From positions 2,149-66,148 of the forward strand of contig JAILLF010000054.1 in assembly GCA_024693365.1 (NCBI GenBank): DNA of 64,000 bases, in the 5' to 3' direction. Position numbers and translations under genes: made by a program. Shown piece by piece: positions 37,210 through 46,540 of the stretch (positions within the stretch are counted from its first letter, which is position 1; each line of letters opens with the position of its first letter). Below the pieces are notes generated by a model. That model saw only the letters and a program-made list of their open reading frames with translations. It had not been told where the DNA came from and searched no databases. This DNA comes from Acetatifactor sp. (GTDB taxonomy: Bacteria > Bacillota > Clostridia > Lachnospirales > Lachnospiraceae).

Positions 37210-37253
37210 GAAACCATTTTAACAGTTTTCGTTTCCCCTCTTTGTGTAATTAG

Positions 37254-37293
37254 CACAAAAAAATTAGAGCACGGCCACCGCGTACTCTAATTT
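37254..37293 (-). terminator. Intrinsic terminator after the M18 aminopeptidase gene
   Basis: Minus strand aaattagag-(15 nt)-ctctaattt followed by TTTTTTT. Confidence 0.55.
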
Positions 37294-37318
37294 GCACTAA
37301 ATTATTTTATTTTTTCAA

Positions 37319-38632
37319 TTATTCCGAAAAATATTCTTTCATTACTTTCATCGCCATCAGCGTGTCTTTTGTGCCGCCAGTTTCCACCGCGGAGTGCATG
37401 GCCAGCTGAGGCAGTCCCACGTCGACGCTGGGAATGGATACGTGAGAAGCGGAAATGTTGCCAAGCGTACTTCCGCCCGGGACGTCCGAGTGATTGACGT
37501 AGGTCTGGCAAGGCACGCCGGCGCGTTTGCACAGGCTCCTGAACTTCGCCGCCGTAACGCCGTCCGTCACGTATTTCTGCGCGCAGTTAAACTTCAGCAC
37601 CGGTCCGCCGTTTAAGCAAGGTCTGTTGGTGGGATCCGCTTTTTCCGGGTGATTGGGATGAACCGCATGCGCATTGTCTGCAGAGATCAAATAGCCAGCC
37701 GCAATCCATTCCTTTTGCTTCGCCGCGGACATGCCAAGGCTCTCCCCCACGCGAAGGAACACGTCTTCCAGGAACGTGGAGTCCGCACCCTGATTGGAAC
37801 CGCTCCCCACCTCTTCATTGTCAAAGATGGCACAGACGGTAGCATATGCAGCCGGCTGCGTCTCAGCATGGCTCTCAGTCAGCGCGTAAACACACTGAAG
37901 GTCGTCCAGCTTGGGCGAGAGGATAAACTCTCCGTCAGCGCCAAGGATCCTTCCCTCGTCACGCACGTATAGGAACAGGTCATTTCCAAGGATCTGATCC
38001 GGTTTCACGCCTGCTGCCTTTGCCACGATCTCCATAAACGCGGAAGTGCCCTTACCGTCACTTTTCTTACCCTCGGCTGCCTTTAATGCAAACAGTGGTT
38101 GCAGGTCCGTCTGAGGCTTATACTCCATCCCCTTGTTGACGTCGCGGTTCATGTGAATGGCCAGGTTCGGAATGACCAAAAGATCCCGATCCACATTCAC
38201 CAGCTTTGTTCTGATCTCCCCAGTCTTTTCGTTTTCCATCGCGATCCTGCCTGCCACGGATAATGGTCTGTCCAACCAAGTGGAATGGATCATGCCGCCG
38301 TACTTCTCCACGTTCAGCGTCACGTAAGCGTCAGCGCTTCTCTCCGGATTTTCTTTCACCTTAAACGTCGGTGAATCGCAGTGTGCGGCTGCCACGTGCC
38401 AGCCCTTCACTTTTTCTTTCTTGTCAGGCAGACGGAAGGCGATCAGGGCGGAATCATTTCTGATGACGTAATAACTCTTTCCCCAGGCAAGCTTCCAAGT
38501 CTTTCTTTCATCCAGCTCCGTAAATCCGTGCGCCCGGTAGTTCTCCGCCACCTTTGCGATCACGTGATAACAGCTGGGACAATCCTTGATAAAGCGGAGC
38601 AGCTCCTCCGCGCATTTCATGCTTTCTTTCAT
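37319..38632 (-). CDS. M18 family aminopeptidase
   Basis: 437 aa, typical M18 sequence (AAHCDSPTFKVKENP, FDNEEVGS, GSTLG). Confidence 0.88.
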   Translation of the reverse strand: MKESMKCAEELLRFIKDCPSCYHVIAKVAENYRAHGFTELDERKTWKLAWGKSYYVIRNDSALIAFRLPDKKEKVKGWHVAAAHCDSPTFKVKENPERSADAYVTLNVEKYGGMIHSTWLDRPLSVAGRIAMENEKTGEIRTKLVNVDRDLLVIPNLAIHMNRDVNKGMEYKPQTDLQPLFALKAAEGKKSDGKGTSAFMEIVAKAAGVKPDQILGNDLFLYVRDEGRILGADGEFILSPKLDDLQCVYALTESHAETQPAAYATVCAIFDNEEVGSGSNQGADSTFLEDVFLRVGESLGMSAAKQKEWIAAGYLISADNAHAVHPNHPEKADPTNRPCLNGGPVLKFNCAQKYVTDGVTAAKFRSLCKRAGVPCQTYVNHSDVPGGSTLGNISASHVSIPSVDVGLPQLAMHSAVETGGTKDTLMAMKVMKEYFSE

Positions 38633-38647
38633 GACCTTCTTCCACCT

Positions 38648-39199
38648 TTATTGCTGATATACGATCTTTTTAGCCATCTCGTCTGCGGCTTCTTTCCCGC
38701 AAAAGATTTCCGAGATTGCCAGGGCGAAATCGATGGAAGTGCCCATGCCCCTGGAGGTGATCACGTTGCCGTCGATCTCCACGGGACCTGCCGTCACCTG
38801 CGCACCCTCCAAATGGCTCTCAAAATCAGGATAACTGCACGCCCTGCGTCCCTTTAAGAATCCCCTGTGCCCAAAAATGCTGGGCGCCGCGCAGATTGCC
38901 GCTACGTACTTTCCTGCCTTGTAAAAGGCATCGATCTGCTCCATCAAAGGAGCACACGCCTCAAGGCCCTTAGTTCCCTTGCCGCCTCCCGGAAGAACCA
39001 ACGCGTCATAGGAAGAAAAGTCCACTTCCTCCAGCGCCTTATCCATGCCAACCAGTATTCCGTGAGAGCCAAGCACCTGCTTTTCTCCATATGCGGAAAC
39101 CATCTCCACTTCGATCCCGCATCTGCGGCACACGTCCACTACGGTCAGCGCTTCGATCTCCTCAAAACCTTCTGCAAAGAATATACCGATTTTACTCAT
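38648..39199 (-). CDS. DJ-1/PfpI (ThiJ) family protein
   Basis: 183 aa. Nucleophile elbow AAICAAPS and LVLPGG. Confidence 0.88.
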   Translation of the reverse strand: MSKIGIFFAEGFEEIEALTVVDVCRRCGIEVEMVSAYGEKQVLGSHGILVGMDKALEEVDFSSYDALVLPGGGKGTKGLEACAPLMEQIDAFYKAGKYVAAICAAPSIFGHRGFLKGRRACSYPDFESHLEGAQVTAGPVEIDGNVITSRGMGTSIDFALAISEIFCGKEAADEMAKKIVYQQ

Positions 39200-39233
39200 G
39201 CGTCATCCCACTCCTATTCTTTTATTATTATCA

Positions 39234-40934
39234 TTATGCCTCAAGAAGTCCTTCCTCAGTTCCTCCATGGGGTTCAAGCCACAATGCCGTCAGGACAAAG
39301 AACAAAAAGCTCAGACACTGGTTTACTACGAAGGCGGCAATAATGCCAATCCACACGTGCCCCAGAACAACGGCAAAAACCAAGACGAAAATGTCCGGAA
39401 GCAAGCCAAAATAAACAAACAAAATCTGAATAAACTGTTTGATCGTCAGCGCGGCATTGGCCGGCAGGGATATGTTGATAAACGCTCCCACAAGCGTTGA
39501 ATATACGTCAACGGAAAGAATCGGCAGAATCATGATCAGTGCCACCAAAGGATTTCCGCCCATAACCAGCGCGCCCACCACCAAAGGAAGTGCCAGATCT
39601 GCCATCGTGGAAACAATGCTGGCCAACAGGGAATAAAAGAGCTTCGCCCAGGTGCTCTCAGGGATCATAACAAAATACGACATCTTGACGTCCGTCTCCA
39701 AGGGATTTCCCAGGGAACGGAAAAACACCATGCCCGCCAGAATCGCCACCAGAACCAATACGTTATTGGTCTCAATGGAGAATCTGCAGATCAGGCCAAC
39801 AGCTATCGCGACTATCAAATAGAATTCCATCGTTTTTGTCAAGAAACCAAAATGCGAAAAACGCACGCGATTGTACCAGCTCTTCCAGAAGAAAACATTC
39901 GCTCCGGCGCCATGCTTCATGCCGTCCCTGCAAAGCTTTTCGCTTCTGTCCTTCTTCTTCGTGATTATGCCATTCTGAGATCTGGCTGCCTCCATGAGTG
40001 CAGCGATCTCTTCGGACTTTGCCATGGCATCCTCATAGAAATCAACCTTTAAGCTCCAGATGACGTAAATCATAACCACGGCGCTTACAGCCAATAACAC
40101 TAAGAAAAGGAGCGTGCCCGCAAGATCTGCGTCATAAGCTGCCCTGCAAAAACCTTTCATCCAACCCCAAACAGGGATCCACTGCGTTCCTTTCGCATTA
40201 AAGAAGCTTGCCGCTGCCGGCAAAATCCCAAGCCCGCTACTTTTCTGATACAGGAAAAACGGTCCGACGATCAATGCCAGGCAAACAACAAGTCCGGGAC
40301 GCAGCATTTTCTTGAAGGTCGGGAAAACGTTACCGATCAAATAAAACAGCAGTTGGAATAGGGTCGAGAAAAAGTTGGCAAGGCAAAATGCCACAACCAT
40401 CGCAATTGCCGCCCAGATGCTCATTCCTGCGTTCAAGATCAGATTAGGCAGCTGGAACAACATGTAAAACCCGATCAAAAGCATCTGACCAAGCTGGTTT
40501 GCAATACGGAACATCATGACGGACTGCGGTTTCATCGGTGCTGAAAACAAGAGCGTAACGTCCGCCGGCAAGAAAATTCTGCCTGCATTTTTGTCTGCTC
40601 CCAGCACGGAAAACGCAAGAATCATGGTAAAGACCGCTGCAACGATCAGCTCCAAAAAGTTGCCATATCCGACCTCATCCCGAAGCATGACCTTGAACGC
40701 GGAATCCGGGGATTGCGATTCCTGGGCTTCCTCGCTTTCGACCTGTTGTTCCACCTGTTGCTCCGCTTGTTTCTTTTCTGCCACCTCGGACACGGATGCC
40801 GCAAACACTCCGATGATCGCGCCAAAAACAACGCACACCAAAATAAATACGACTGCCCAGGACTTAAAAATTTTCTTTAACTGATTGAGAAATGAATGAA
40901 CCGCATAATACAAAAACAATCTCATAACGGTCAC
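39234..40934 (-). CDS. Multi-pass membrane protein, putative ABC exporter permease partner
   Basis: 566 aa, many TM helices. Its start overlaps the stop of the upstream ABC ATPase gene (4 nt). Confidence 0.65.
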   Translation of the reverse strand: MTVMRLFLYYAVHSFLNQLKKIFKSWAVVFILVCVVFGAIIGVFAASVSEVAEKKQAEQQVEQQVESEEAQESQSPDSAFKVMLRDEVGYGNFLELIVAAVFTMILAFSVLGADKNAGRIFLPADVTLLFSAPMKPQSVMMFRIANQLGQMLLIGFYMLFQLPNLILNAGMSIWAAIAMVVAFCLANFFSTLFQLLFYLIGNVFPTFKKMLRPGLVVCLALIVGPFFLYQKSSGLGILPAAASFFNAKGTQWIPVWGWMKGFCRAAYDADLAGTLLFLVLLAVSAVVMIYVIWSLKVDFYEDAMAKSEEIAALMEAARSQNGIITKKKDRSEKLCRDGMKHGAGANVFFWKSWYNRVRFSHFGFLTKTMEFYLIVAIAVGLICRFSIETNNVLVLVAILAGMVFFRSLGNPLETDVKMSYFVMIPESTWAKLFYSLLASIVSTMADLALPLVVGALVMGGNPLVALIMILPILSVDVYSTLVGAFINISLPANAALTIKQFIQILFVYFGLLPDIFVLVFAVVLGHVWIGIIAAFVVNQCLSFLFFVLTALWLEPHGGTEEGLLEA

Positions 40935-41710
40935 TCCTTCCCGGCATTTTCTGCTTCCGAATGCTTCATTTCTTCCTGGTCAACACCTTCCGTCACGTCA
41001 AAGAAGAGCTGCTCTAAGGTTTTGCCTTCCTTCTCCAATTCATCCTTGGTAACGTTTGCCTTGATCTGACCGGCCTGCATGATCAGAGCCCTGTCCCAAA
41101 GCATGTCCACGCTGTCAATGATGTGCGTGCTGACAAGAAGCGTCCTGCCCTCTGCCCGCATCTCCTCAAACATCTCCTTCAATTGCTTGATGGCATGAGG
41201 ATCAAGACCGATCATGGGCTCATCCAACAGAATCATCTGTGGCTGCGTCATAAGGCCCATGCAGAGATTCAGCTTCTGCTGCATGCCCTTAGAAAGCTCG
41301 TCGCCAAACTTTTTCTTCTTGTCCGAGAGTTCAAAGCGCTCCAAGAGTGCGTCAGCCTTCTCCTTATAATTTGTCATGCGGTATGCCCTTGCCAGAAACT
41401 CCATGTGCTCGGAAACCGTAAGATTCGGATACAAGGCGGGCATCTCCGGAATGTATCCAAGAATTCTTCTGGCATCAACCGTCTTGTTGGGAAATCCGCC
41501 AACGGTGATCTTTCCGTCATATTTCAAAAAACCAATGATGGATTTCATGAGCGTACTCTTTCCCGCGCCATTCGGTCCAAGCAGAACCGTAACGCTGCCG
41601 GGATCCAAATGAAAATCCACGTCGTTACATGCCAACAGTTTGCCATACTTTTTTGTTACGTGTGATACGTCTAACATAAATTTTTGTCCTTTCGTATTTT
41701 CTTCTTGCAT
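40931..41710 (-). CDS. ABC transporter ATP-binding protein
   Basis: Walker A GPNGAGKST, signature LSKGMQQK, Walker B ILLDEPMIGLD. Confidence 0.9.
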   Translation of the reverse strand: MQEENTKGQKFMLDVSHVTKKYGKLLACNDVDFHLDPGSVTVLLGPNGAGKSTLMKSIIGFLKYDGKITVGGFPNKTVDARRILGYIPEMPALYPNLTVSEHMEFLARAYRMTNYKEKADALLERFELSDKKKKFGDELSKGMQQKLNLCMGLMTQPQMILLDEPMIGLDPHAIKQLKEMFEEMRAEGRTLLVSTHIIDSVDMLWDRALIMQAGQIKANVTKDELEKEGKTLEQLFFDVTEGVDQEEMKHSEAENAGKE

Positions 41711-42067
41711 CCTCCGATGGCCAAGTTATTTCCGGCCTCGCGTAAGTTCCGTCTTACTCATTATATCTTAGGTTACCTTCCGCGAAAAGCGCAGAAACCG
41801 CACTTTACGTCTTCTTTTTGTTCGAATTACGCACGATGCCCCTCCCATCATATAGGTACTATACGTATCATACGCATAAATGCCCCTTGAATGGAAACTT
41901 TGTTGTAAACCGCTTCGTTTTTGTTGTGAATCGCAATTCAAAACAGTTGGAAATAATTTGCTTTTTTACTATTCAACCACAAAATTTTATGCTATACTTT
42001 AAATGGTGGAATGAGAAAATATCTCATCAGTTCATTCTCATTTGTTTAGCAGAAAGGTATTACAAAA

Positions 42068-42562
42068 ATGGAAATAGAACGCAAATTTTTACTAAGAAGA
42101 CTTCCCGACAATTTAGAATCCTATCCCTGTCTTCAGATAGAGCAGGCATATCTGTGTGTCGACCCGGTAGTGCGCGTACGCAAGGAAGATGATCATTACT
42201 ACATGACCTATAAGGGCAAGGGCATGATGACCAGGGAAGAGTTCAATCTCGAACTCACGGAGGATGCGTATTATCACCTTCGCGCGAAGGCGGATGGCAA
42301 CGTCATCTCCAAGAAACGCTACCTGATTCCCCTAAAGAACCCTGGATTTAAGGAAGGCTTTCCGAAGCCTCCCGCTGATTACACGCTGACCATTGAAATT
42401 GACGTCTTTGACGGATATTTCCAGGACCTCATCCTCGCGGAAGTGGAATTCGGCAGCAAGGACGCAGCCGAAGCATTTGTTCCGCCCGACTGGTTCTTCG
42501 AGGACGTCACCTATTGTAAGGAATATCACAATTCCTACATGGCCATGATGCAATTTAATTAA
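42068..42562 (+). CDS. CYTH domain protein (triphosphatase/class IV adenylyl cyclase-like)
   Basis: 164 aa with an N-terminal EIERKFLL (ExExK) motif. Confidence 0.8.
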   Translation: MEIERKFLLRRLPDNLESYPCLQIEQAYLCVDPVVRVRKEDDHYYMTYKGKGMMTREEFNLELTEDAYYHLRAKADGNVISKKRYLIPLKNPGFKEGFPKPPADYTLTIEIDVFDGYFQDLILAEVEFGSKDAAEAFVPPDWFFEDVTYCKEYHNSYMAMMQFN

Positions 42563-42572
42563 CTCATAGTAT

Positions 42573-42614
42573 GGGTCACGGGAAAATGTGTCAGTAGACA
42601 CGGCCCCGTGACCC
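42573..42614. other. GC-rich 10-bp stem-loop between convergent genes (terminator-like, lacks a U-tract)
   Basis: gggtcacggg-(22 nt)-cccgtgaccc. Confidence 0.45.
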
Positions 42615-42657
42615 AAACCAAAAAGTCTTTTGCAAAAGGTTGCAGAAGGCTATTTTT

Positions 42658-43194
42658 TTAGTCTTCTATCGTCCTAAACAGGTTCTGCTTACATTTAACA
42701 CTGTATTTTAGAGTATAAGTAGCAACTCCTTCATTCATAGCTGTCTGTATTTCGTCAATCTCTCTCGTTATGTCTTCAAGATTTCTATACCAGCCAAGGA
42801 ATGTATTTGGCACTCCCCCAAAAGACGAGTTATCCCCATCAGATGCATACAATGCAAAGTGTGGGCTGTTTTTACCACCTTTAAACTGCTGGGACCGCAT
42901 TATTTTAGAAGCATTAATGATTACGCCTTCATTTGGCGAAGTGATTCTGACCGTATCTGAAGATTTTCCTTTCTCTGACCCGACAGTCTCAGTCTTTCTT
43001 TCTCCTACCAACAAACCGTCCAATGAAACATTCAGTTTTTTTGATAAGATCAGAAGCTTATCAACTTCAGGGTACCCTTCCCCAAGCTCCCACTTTGACA
43101 CGGCCTGTCTGCTCACGCCGAGCATTTCCGCCAACCCCTCCTGTGAAAGATGATTCTGCTTTCGAATGGTCTGTATATTTTCTCCAAAACTCAT
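42658..43194 (-). CDS. XRE family HTH regulator with a C-terminal domain of unknown function
   Basis: N-terminal IRKQNHLSQEGLAEMLGVSRQAVSKWELGEGYPEVDKLLILSKKLNVSLDGLL. Confidence 0.85.
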   Translation of the reverse strand: MSFGENIQTIRKQNHLSQEGLAEMLGVSRQAVSKWELGEGYPEVDKLLILSKKLNVSLDGLLVGERKTETVGSEKGKSSDTVRITSPNEGVIINASKIMRSQQFKGGKNSPHFALYASDGDNSSFGGVPNTFLGWYRNLEDITREIDEIQTAMNEGVATYTLKYSVKCKQNLFRTIED

Positions 43195-43268
43195 ATCATC
43201 GACCTCCTTTCAAGAAGGAGCATACTGCTTATATCGTTCAAATACCACCAACTATAGTTTGCGTTTCC

Positions 43269-43283
43269 GCAACTTGAAGTTGC
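43269..43283. promoter_or_regulatory. Perfect 15-bp palindrome upstream of the XRE gene (candidate autoregulatory operator)
   Basis: GCAACTT-G-AAGTTGC, about 75 nt upstream of the XRE start. The loop is too short for a hairpin terminator. Confidence 0.4.
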
Positions 43284-43334
43284 AACTCGCATGAAACTGC
43301 ATTTATTTTCGATAATTTCATAAAAACAGTGCAT

Positions 43335-44876
43335 TTATTGCTCTCTTAATCTTCCGTACGTTCTCGCCAGCTTATGGATCTTCTTCGAAAGCTCTTCCGT
43401 GCAGGCTCCCTGACTCATTCTCCATTTCCAGTTGTCCCCAAGCGTTGAGGGCATGTTGATCCTGGCTTCGTTGCCAAGCTCCAGATAATCCTGCATGGGG
43501 ATGATGGCCGTATCGGCAACGCTGGAGACGGCCGCGCGGATCATCGCCCAAAGGAGTTCATGGTCATCCGTGCAATTCAGATAATCCATCAGGAAAGCAT
43601 TCTGCTCCTTGCTCCTGCCGCGGATCCACCCCAGCGTCGTCTCATTGTCATGCGTTCCGGTATAAACCACGCAATTCTTTTCATAGTTGTGCGGCAAGTA
43701 CATTCCTTCTCCGTCAGGACCTTCGTCAAACGCAAACTGAAGTACCTTCATGCCGGGATATCCCGTCTCCTCCAGGAGTCTGAATACGCCCTCCGTAAGA
43801 AGGCCCAGATCCTCGGCGATGACCTTTCGGTCAGCCAGTTTTCCCCTTCTTCCGGTTCCCTTGTTGCTCTTGTCCGCCATCTTTCGGGTCAGCACCTCAA
43901 AGAGCTCCGCTCCAGGTCCCTTCTCCCAATGACCGCCCGCCGCCGTATCGTCGCCGTAGGGCACAAACCAATATTCGTCAAATCCCCGGAAGTGATCCAG
44001 TCTCACAATATCATACCAATTATAGCAATAATTGATGCGCTGATACCACCACGCATAGTTCGTCACCTTGTGAAATTCCCAGCGATACAAAGGATTTCCC
44101 CAGAGCTGTCCCGTCGCTGAAAAAGCGTCCGGCGGGCACCCCGCCACGCCAATGGGCTTTCCGTCCTCATCCACCTGGAAGAGTTCCGGATGAGCCCACA
44201 CGTCAGCACTGTCCGGCGACACGTAGATCGGAATGTCTCCGACAATCTCAATGCCAGCCCTGTTAGCATACAGCTTCAACGCCTTCCACTGTTTGCTAAA
44301 CTCAAACTGCTGGAATTTGTAGCAGCGAACCTCGTCCGCAAGCTGCCTTTGATACTTTGCCATGACAATGGGTTTGCGAAGCCTGATTCCTTCCTCCCAG
44401 TCCATAAGTCCCGTGCCCGGGAAGGCATCCTTCAACGCCATGAACATACAGTAATCATCCAGCCAGAAAGCATTTTCCTTGAGGAATGCCACGTATTCCT
44501 TGTTCGTCTCCAGTCCTTTTTTCACGGCTCTCTCCCATGCTTTCCGAAGCAACGGGAATCTGCCGTTATAAAGCTTTCCGTAATCCACGTAATTTGGATG
44601 ATCCCCAAAATCAACCTCGTCACATTCCTTCTTGGTCAGAAGACCGTCCTGGATCAACGTCTCCAAGTCAATAAAATAAGGATTTCCCGCAAACGTGGAA
44701 AACGACTGATACGGTGAAGCACCGTAACCAGTCGGTCCAAGTGGCAGGATCTGCCAAAGCTTCTGTCCCGCCTTCTTTAAGAAATCAACAAACTCGTAGC
44801 TCTCCTTTCCAAACGTTCCGATGCCGTACTTGGACGGCAGGCTTGAGATCGGCATTAGTATTCCCTGTCTTCTCAT
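43335..44876 (-). CDS. malQ: 4-alpha-glucanotransferase (amylomaltase, GH77)
   Basis: 513 aa. RRQGILMPISSLPSKYGIGTFG N-terminus and typical GH77 motifs (VRLDHFRGF, GTHDN). Confidence 0.93.
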   Translation of the reverse strand: MRRQGILMPISSLPSKYGIGTFGKESYEFVDFLKKAGQKLWQILPLGPTGYGASPYQSFSTFAGNPYFIDLETLIQDGLLTKKECDEVDFGDHPNYVDYGKLYNGRFPLLRKAWERAVKKGLETNKEYVAFLKENAFWLDDYCMFMALKDAFPGTGLMDWEEGIRLRKPIVMAKYQRQLADEVRCYKFQQFEFSKQWKALKLYANRAGIEIVGDIPIYVSPDSADVWAHPELFQVDEDGKPIGVAGCPPDAFSATGQLWGNPLYRWEFHKVTNYAWWYQRINYCYNWYDIVRLDHFRGFDEYWFVPYGDDTAAGGHWEKGPGAELFEVLTRKMADKSNKGTGRRGKLADRKVIAEDLGLLTEGVFRLLEETGYPGMKVLQFAFDEGPDGEGMYLPHNYEKNCVVYTGTHDNETTLGWIRGRSKEQNAFLMDYLNCTDDHELLWAMIRAAVSSVADTAIIPMQDYLELGNEARINMPSTLGDNWKWRMSQGACTEELSKKIHKLARTYGRLREQ

Positions 44877-44890
44877 AAATGAATTGCCTC

Positions 44891-46516
44891 CTAAACCCGA
44901 TGATTTTTCATTTTTTCTTTATTTTGATACATCAATTGATCCGCACGCTTTGCCGTTGCATTCAGGTCATAATCGATACGGTTGTCATACCTTGCGAAGC
45001 CGCAGGCAATGCCGATCTGAATGTCCTTACTGGCTTTGTTGTACTCTTCTATCGTGGCTTCCATCATCTTCTGCCGCTCAGCGCAGGCAGCCATTCCGCC
45101 CTCAGGGATCAGACAGTAGAATTCATCCCCGCCCATGCGGTAGCAATCGCCAATGACGCCAAAGGTGTTCTTGATAATTTCCGCACTGTCCTTGATATAC
45201 TTATCTCCCATCTCATGGCCCAGATGGTCGTTGCAATATTTCAAATTGTTCAGATCCAAAACCACCACGGAGTAATTCTCCGGACGCACCGCATAGGGAT
45301 CCGTGTCCACGATAAAGGCCGCACGGTTATAGAGTCCGGTGAGCTTGTCATGGTAAGCAAGGTTCTCCATGCTCTGCGCTCCCCTGCCCGCATCAATCAG
45401 CTTTCCGGATTCACGGAATACGGAAATGCCAAGTGCAATGGAATAGAGCAGAAAGCCAACGATGACAAAGGGCGTAATCTTTCTGCCGTCAGTCAGGTAA
45501 TATGAAACAAGGTCGATCGCAACGCCAAGCGTGACCAGCGTCATTCCCAGAAGATTGCTTCGAAGCTTTGCATTCCATCCACTCCTCTTCAATTCGTGCA
45601 CCGCCATGCACAAGATCACGACGATGGCGATCAGAATGGACGCCTGAATCAGAATCAGGATCTGCCTAAAATCTGCCAAACTGAAAAACTGCAAAAACAA
45701 TCCGAGCCCCGTTATGCCCAAGCTAATCCAGCAGGGTACGTACCAGATCTTAAACTCCCGGGTGCTGTACAAGTTCATCATAAACGTCACAAACGGCACC
45801 ACGCACAGCATCATGGCGATAAACGGGATGAGGCTGAACACAGGCAGGCTGTTAAACGGCATTTTCATGAGGGCCGTATCCGACGCGCGCCATATGCCCA
45901 CGAGCGCCGCAAGCCATCCCAAAAGTGCAAGATCCTTATCTACTTCCGAATTCTTGCGGTTGTAGAAAACGTAAATCATCATCGTGCAACCCACTATGAT
46001 AAGCATCAGACTGACTATGACGGTCCCAAGCTCTTTGCGAAGATATTGCTTTACGATCTCTCCCTTTTCTCCCAGATAAAAATCCGGGACGCCAAAGGAC
46101 AGATCCGGATAAACCGGCGTCAGCTTAACGCGGATGTCTTCCCCGTTCAAATCCTCCGTGAGCAAAACGTCATTCCAAACGCACCCTGGCGTCTTCGAGA
46201 TTGCCTTCCTGGAAGAAGGTCCCATGGAATAAATGCATTCCGCGCCATGATACACTTCCACGTTCAGATGAATGGTATAAAAGATTAAGTGACAATACTT
46301 GCCGGTAATGCCGTCCACGTGAAGCATTCCCGACCAGCTGTCATTTCGTATGGTGGTTCCCTTTTGATTGTCCGTACCCTTGACCTGCAGCAGCTCCTGT
46401 CCCGTTTCCGGCAACGCAGGTTCCATGATGACCCTGTATCGGACACAATAATAGATCAAAAGTGCCGTCAAAGCCAAACAAACTGCAATGTAGGTTCTAA
46501 GAACGCCCTTCGTCAT
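44891..46516 (-). CDS. Diguanylate cyclase: N-terminal extracytoplasmic sensor plus 7TM plus GGDEF
   Basis: 541 aa. YRMGGDEFYCLI active-site motif, multiple TM helices in the middle. Confidence 0.88.
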   Translation of the reverse strand: MTKGVLRTYIAVCLALTALLIYYCVRYRVIMEPALPETGQELLQVKGTDNQKGTTIRNDSWSGMLHVDGITGKYCHLIFYTIHLNVEVYHGAECIYSMGPSSRKAISKTPGCVWNDVLLTEDLNGEDIRVKLTPVYPDLSFGVPDFYLGEKGEIVKQYLRKELGTVIVSLMLIIVGCTMMIYVFYNRKNSEVDKDLALLGWLAALVGIWRASDTALMKMPFNSLPVFSLIPFIAMMLCVVPFVTFMMNLYSTREFKIWYVPCWISLGITGLGLFLQFFSLADFRQILILIQASILIAIVVILCMAVHELKRSGWNAKLRSNLLGMTLVTLGVAIDLVSYYLTDGRKITPFVIVGFLLYSIALGISVFRESGKLIDAGRGAQSMENLAYHDKLTGLYNRAAFIVDTDPYAVRPENYSVVVLDLNNLKYCNDHLGHEMGDKYIKDSAEIIKNTFGVIGDCYRMGGDEFYCLIPEGGMAACAERQKMMEATIEEYNKASKDIQIGIACGFARYDNRIDYDLNATAKRADQLMYQNKEKMKNHRV

Positions 46517-46540
46517 AGCCCTTTCTCCCAGTTTACGTTC

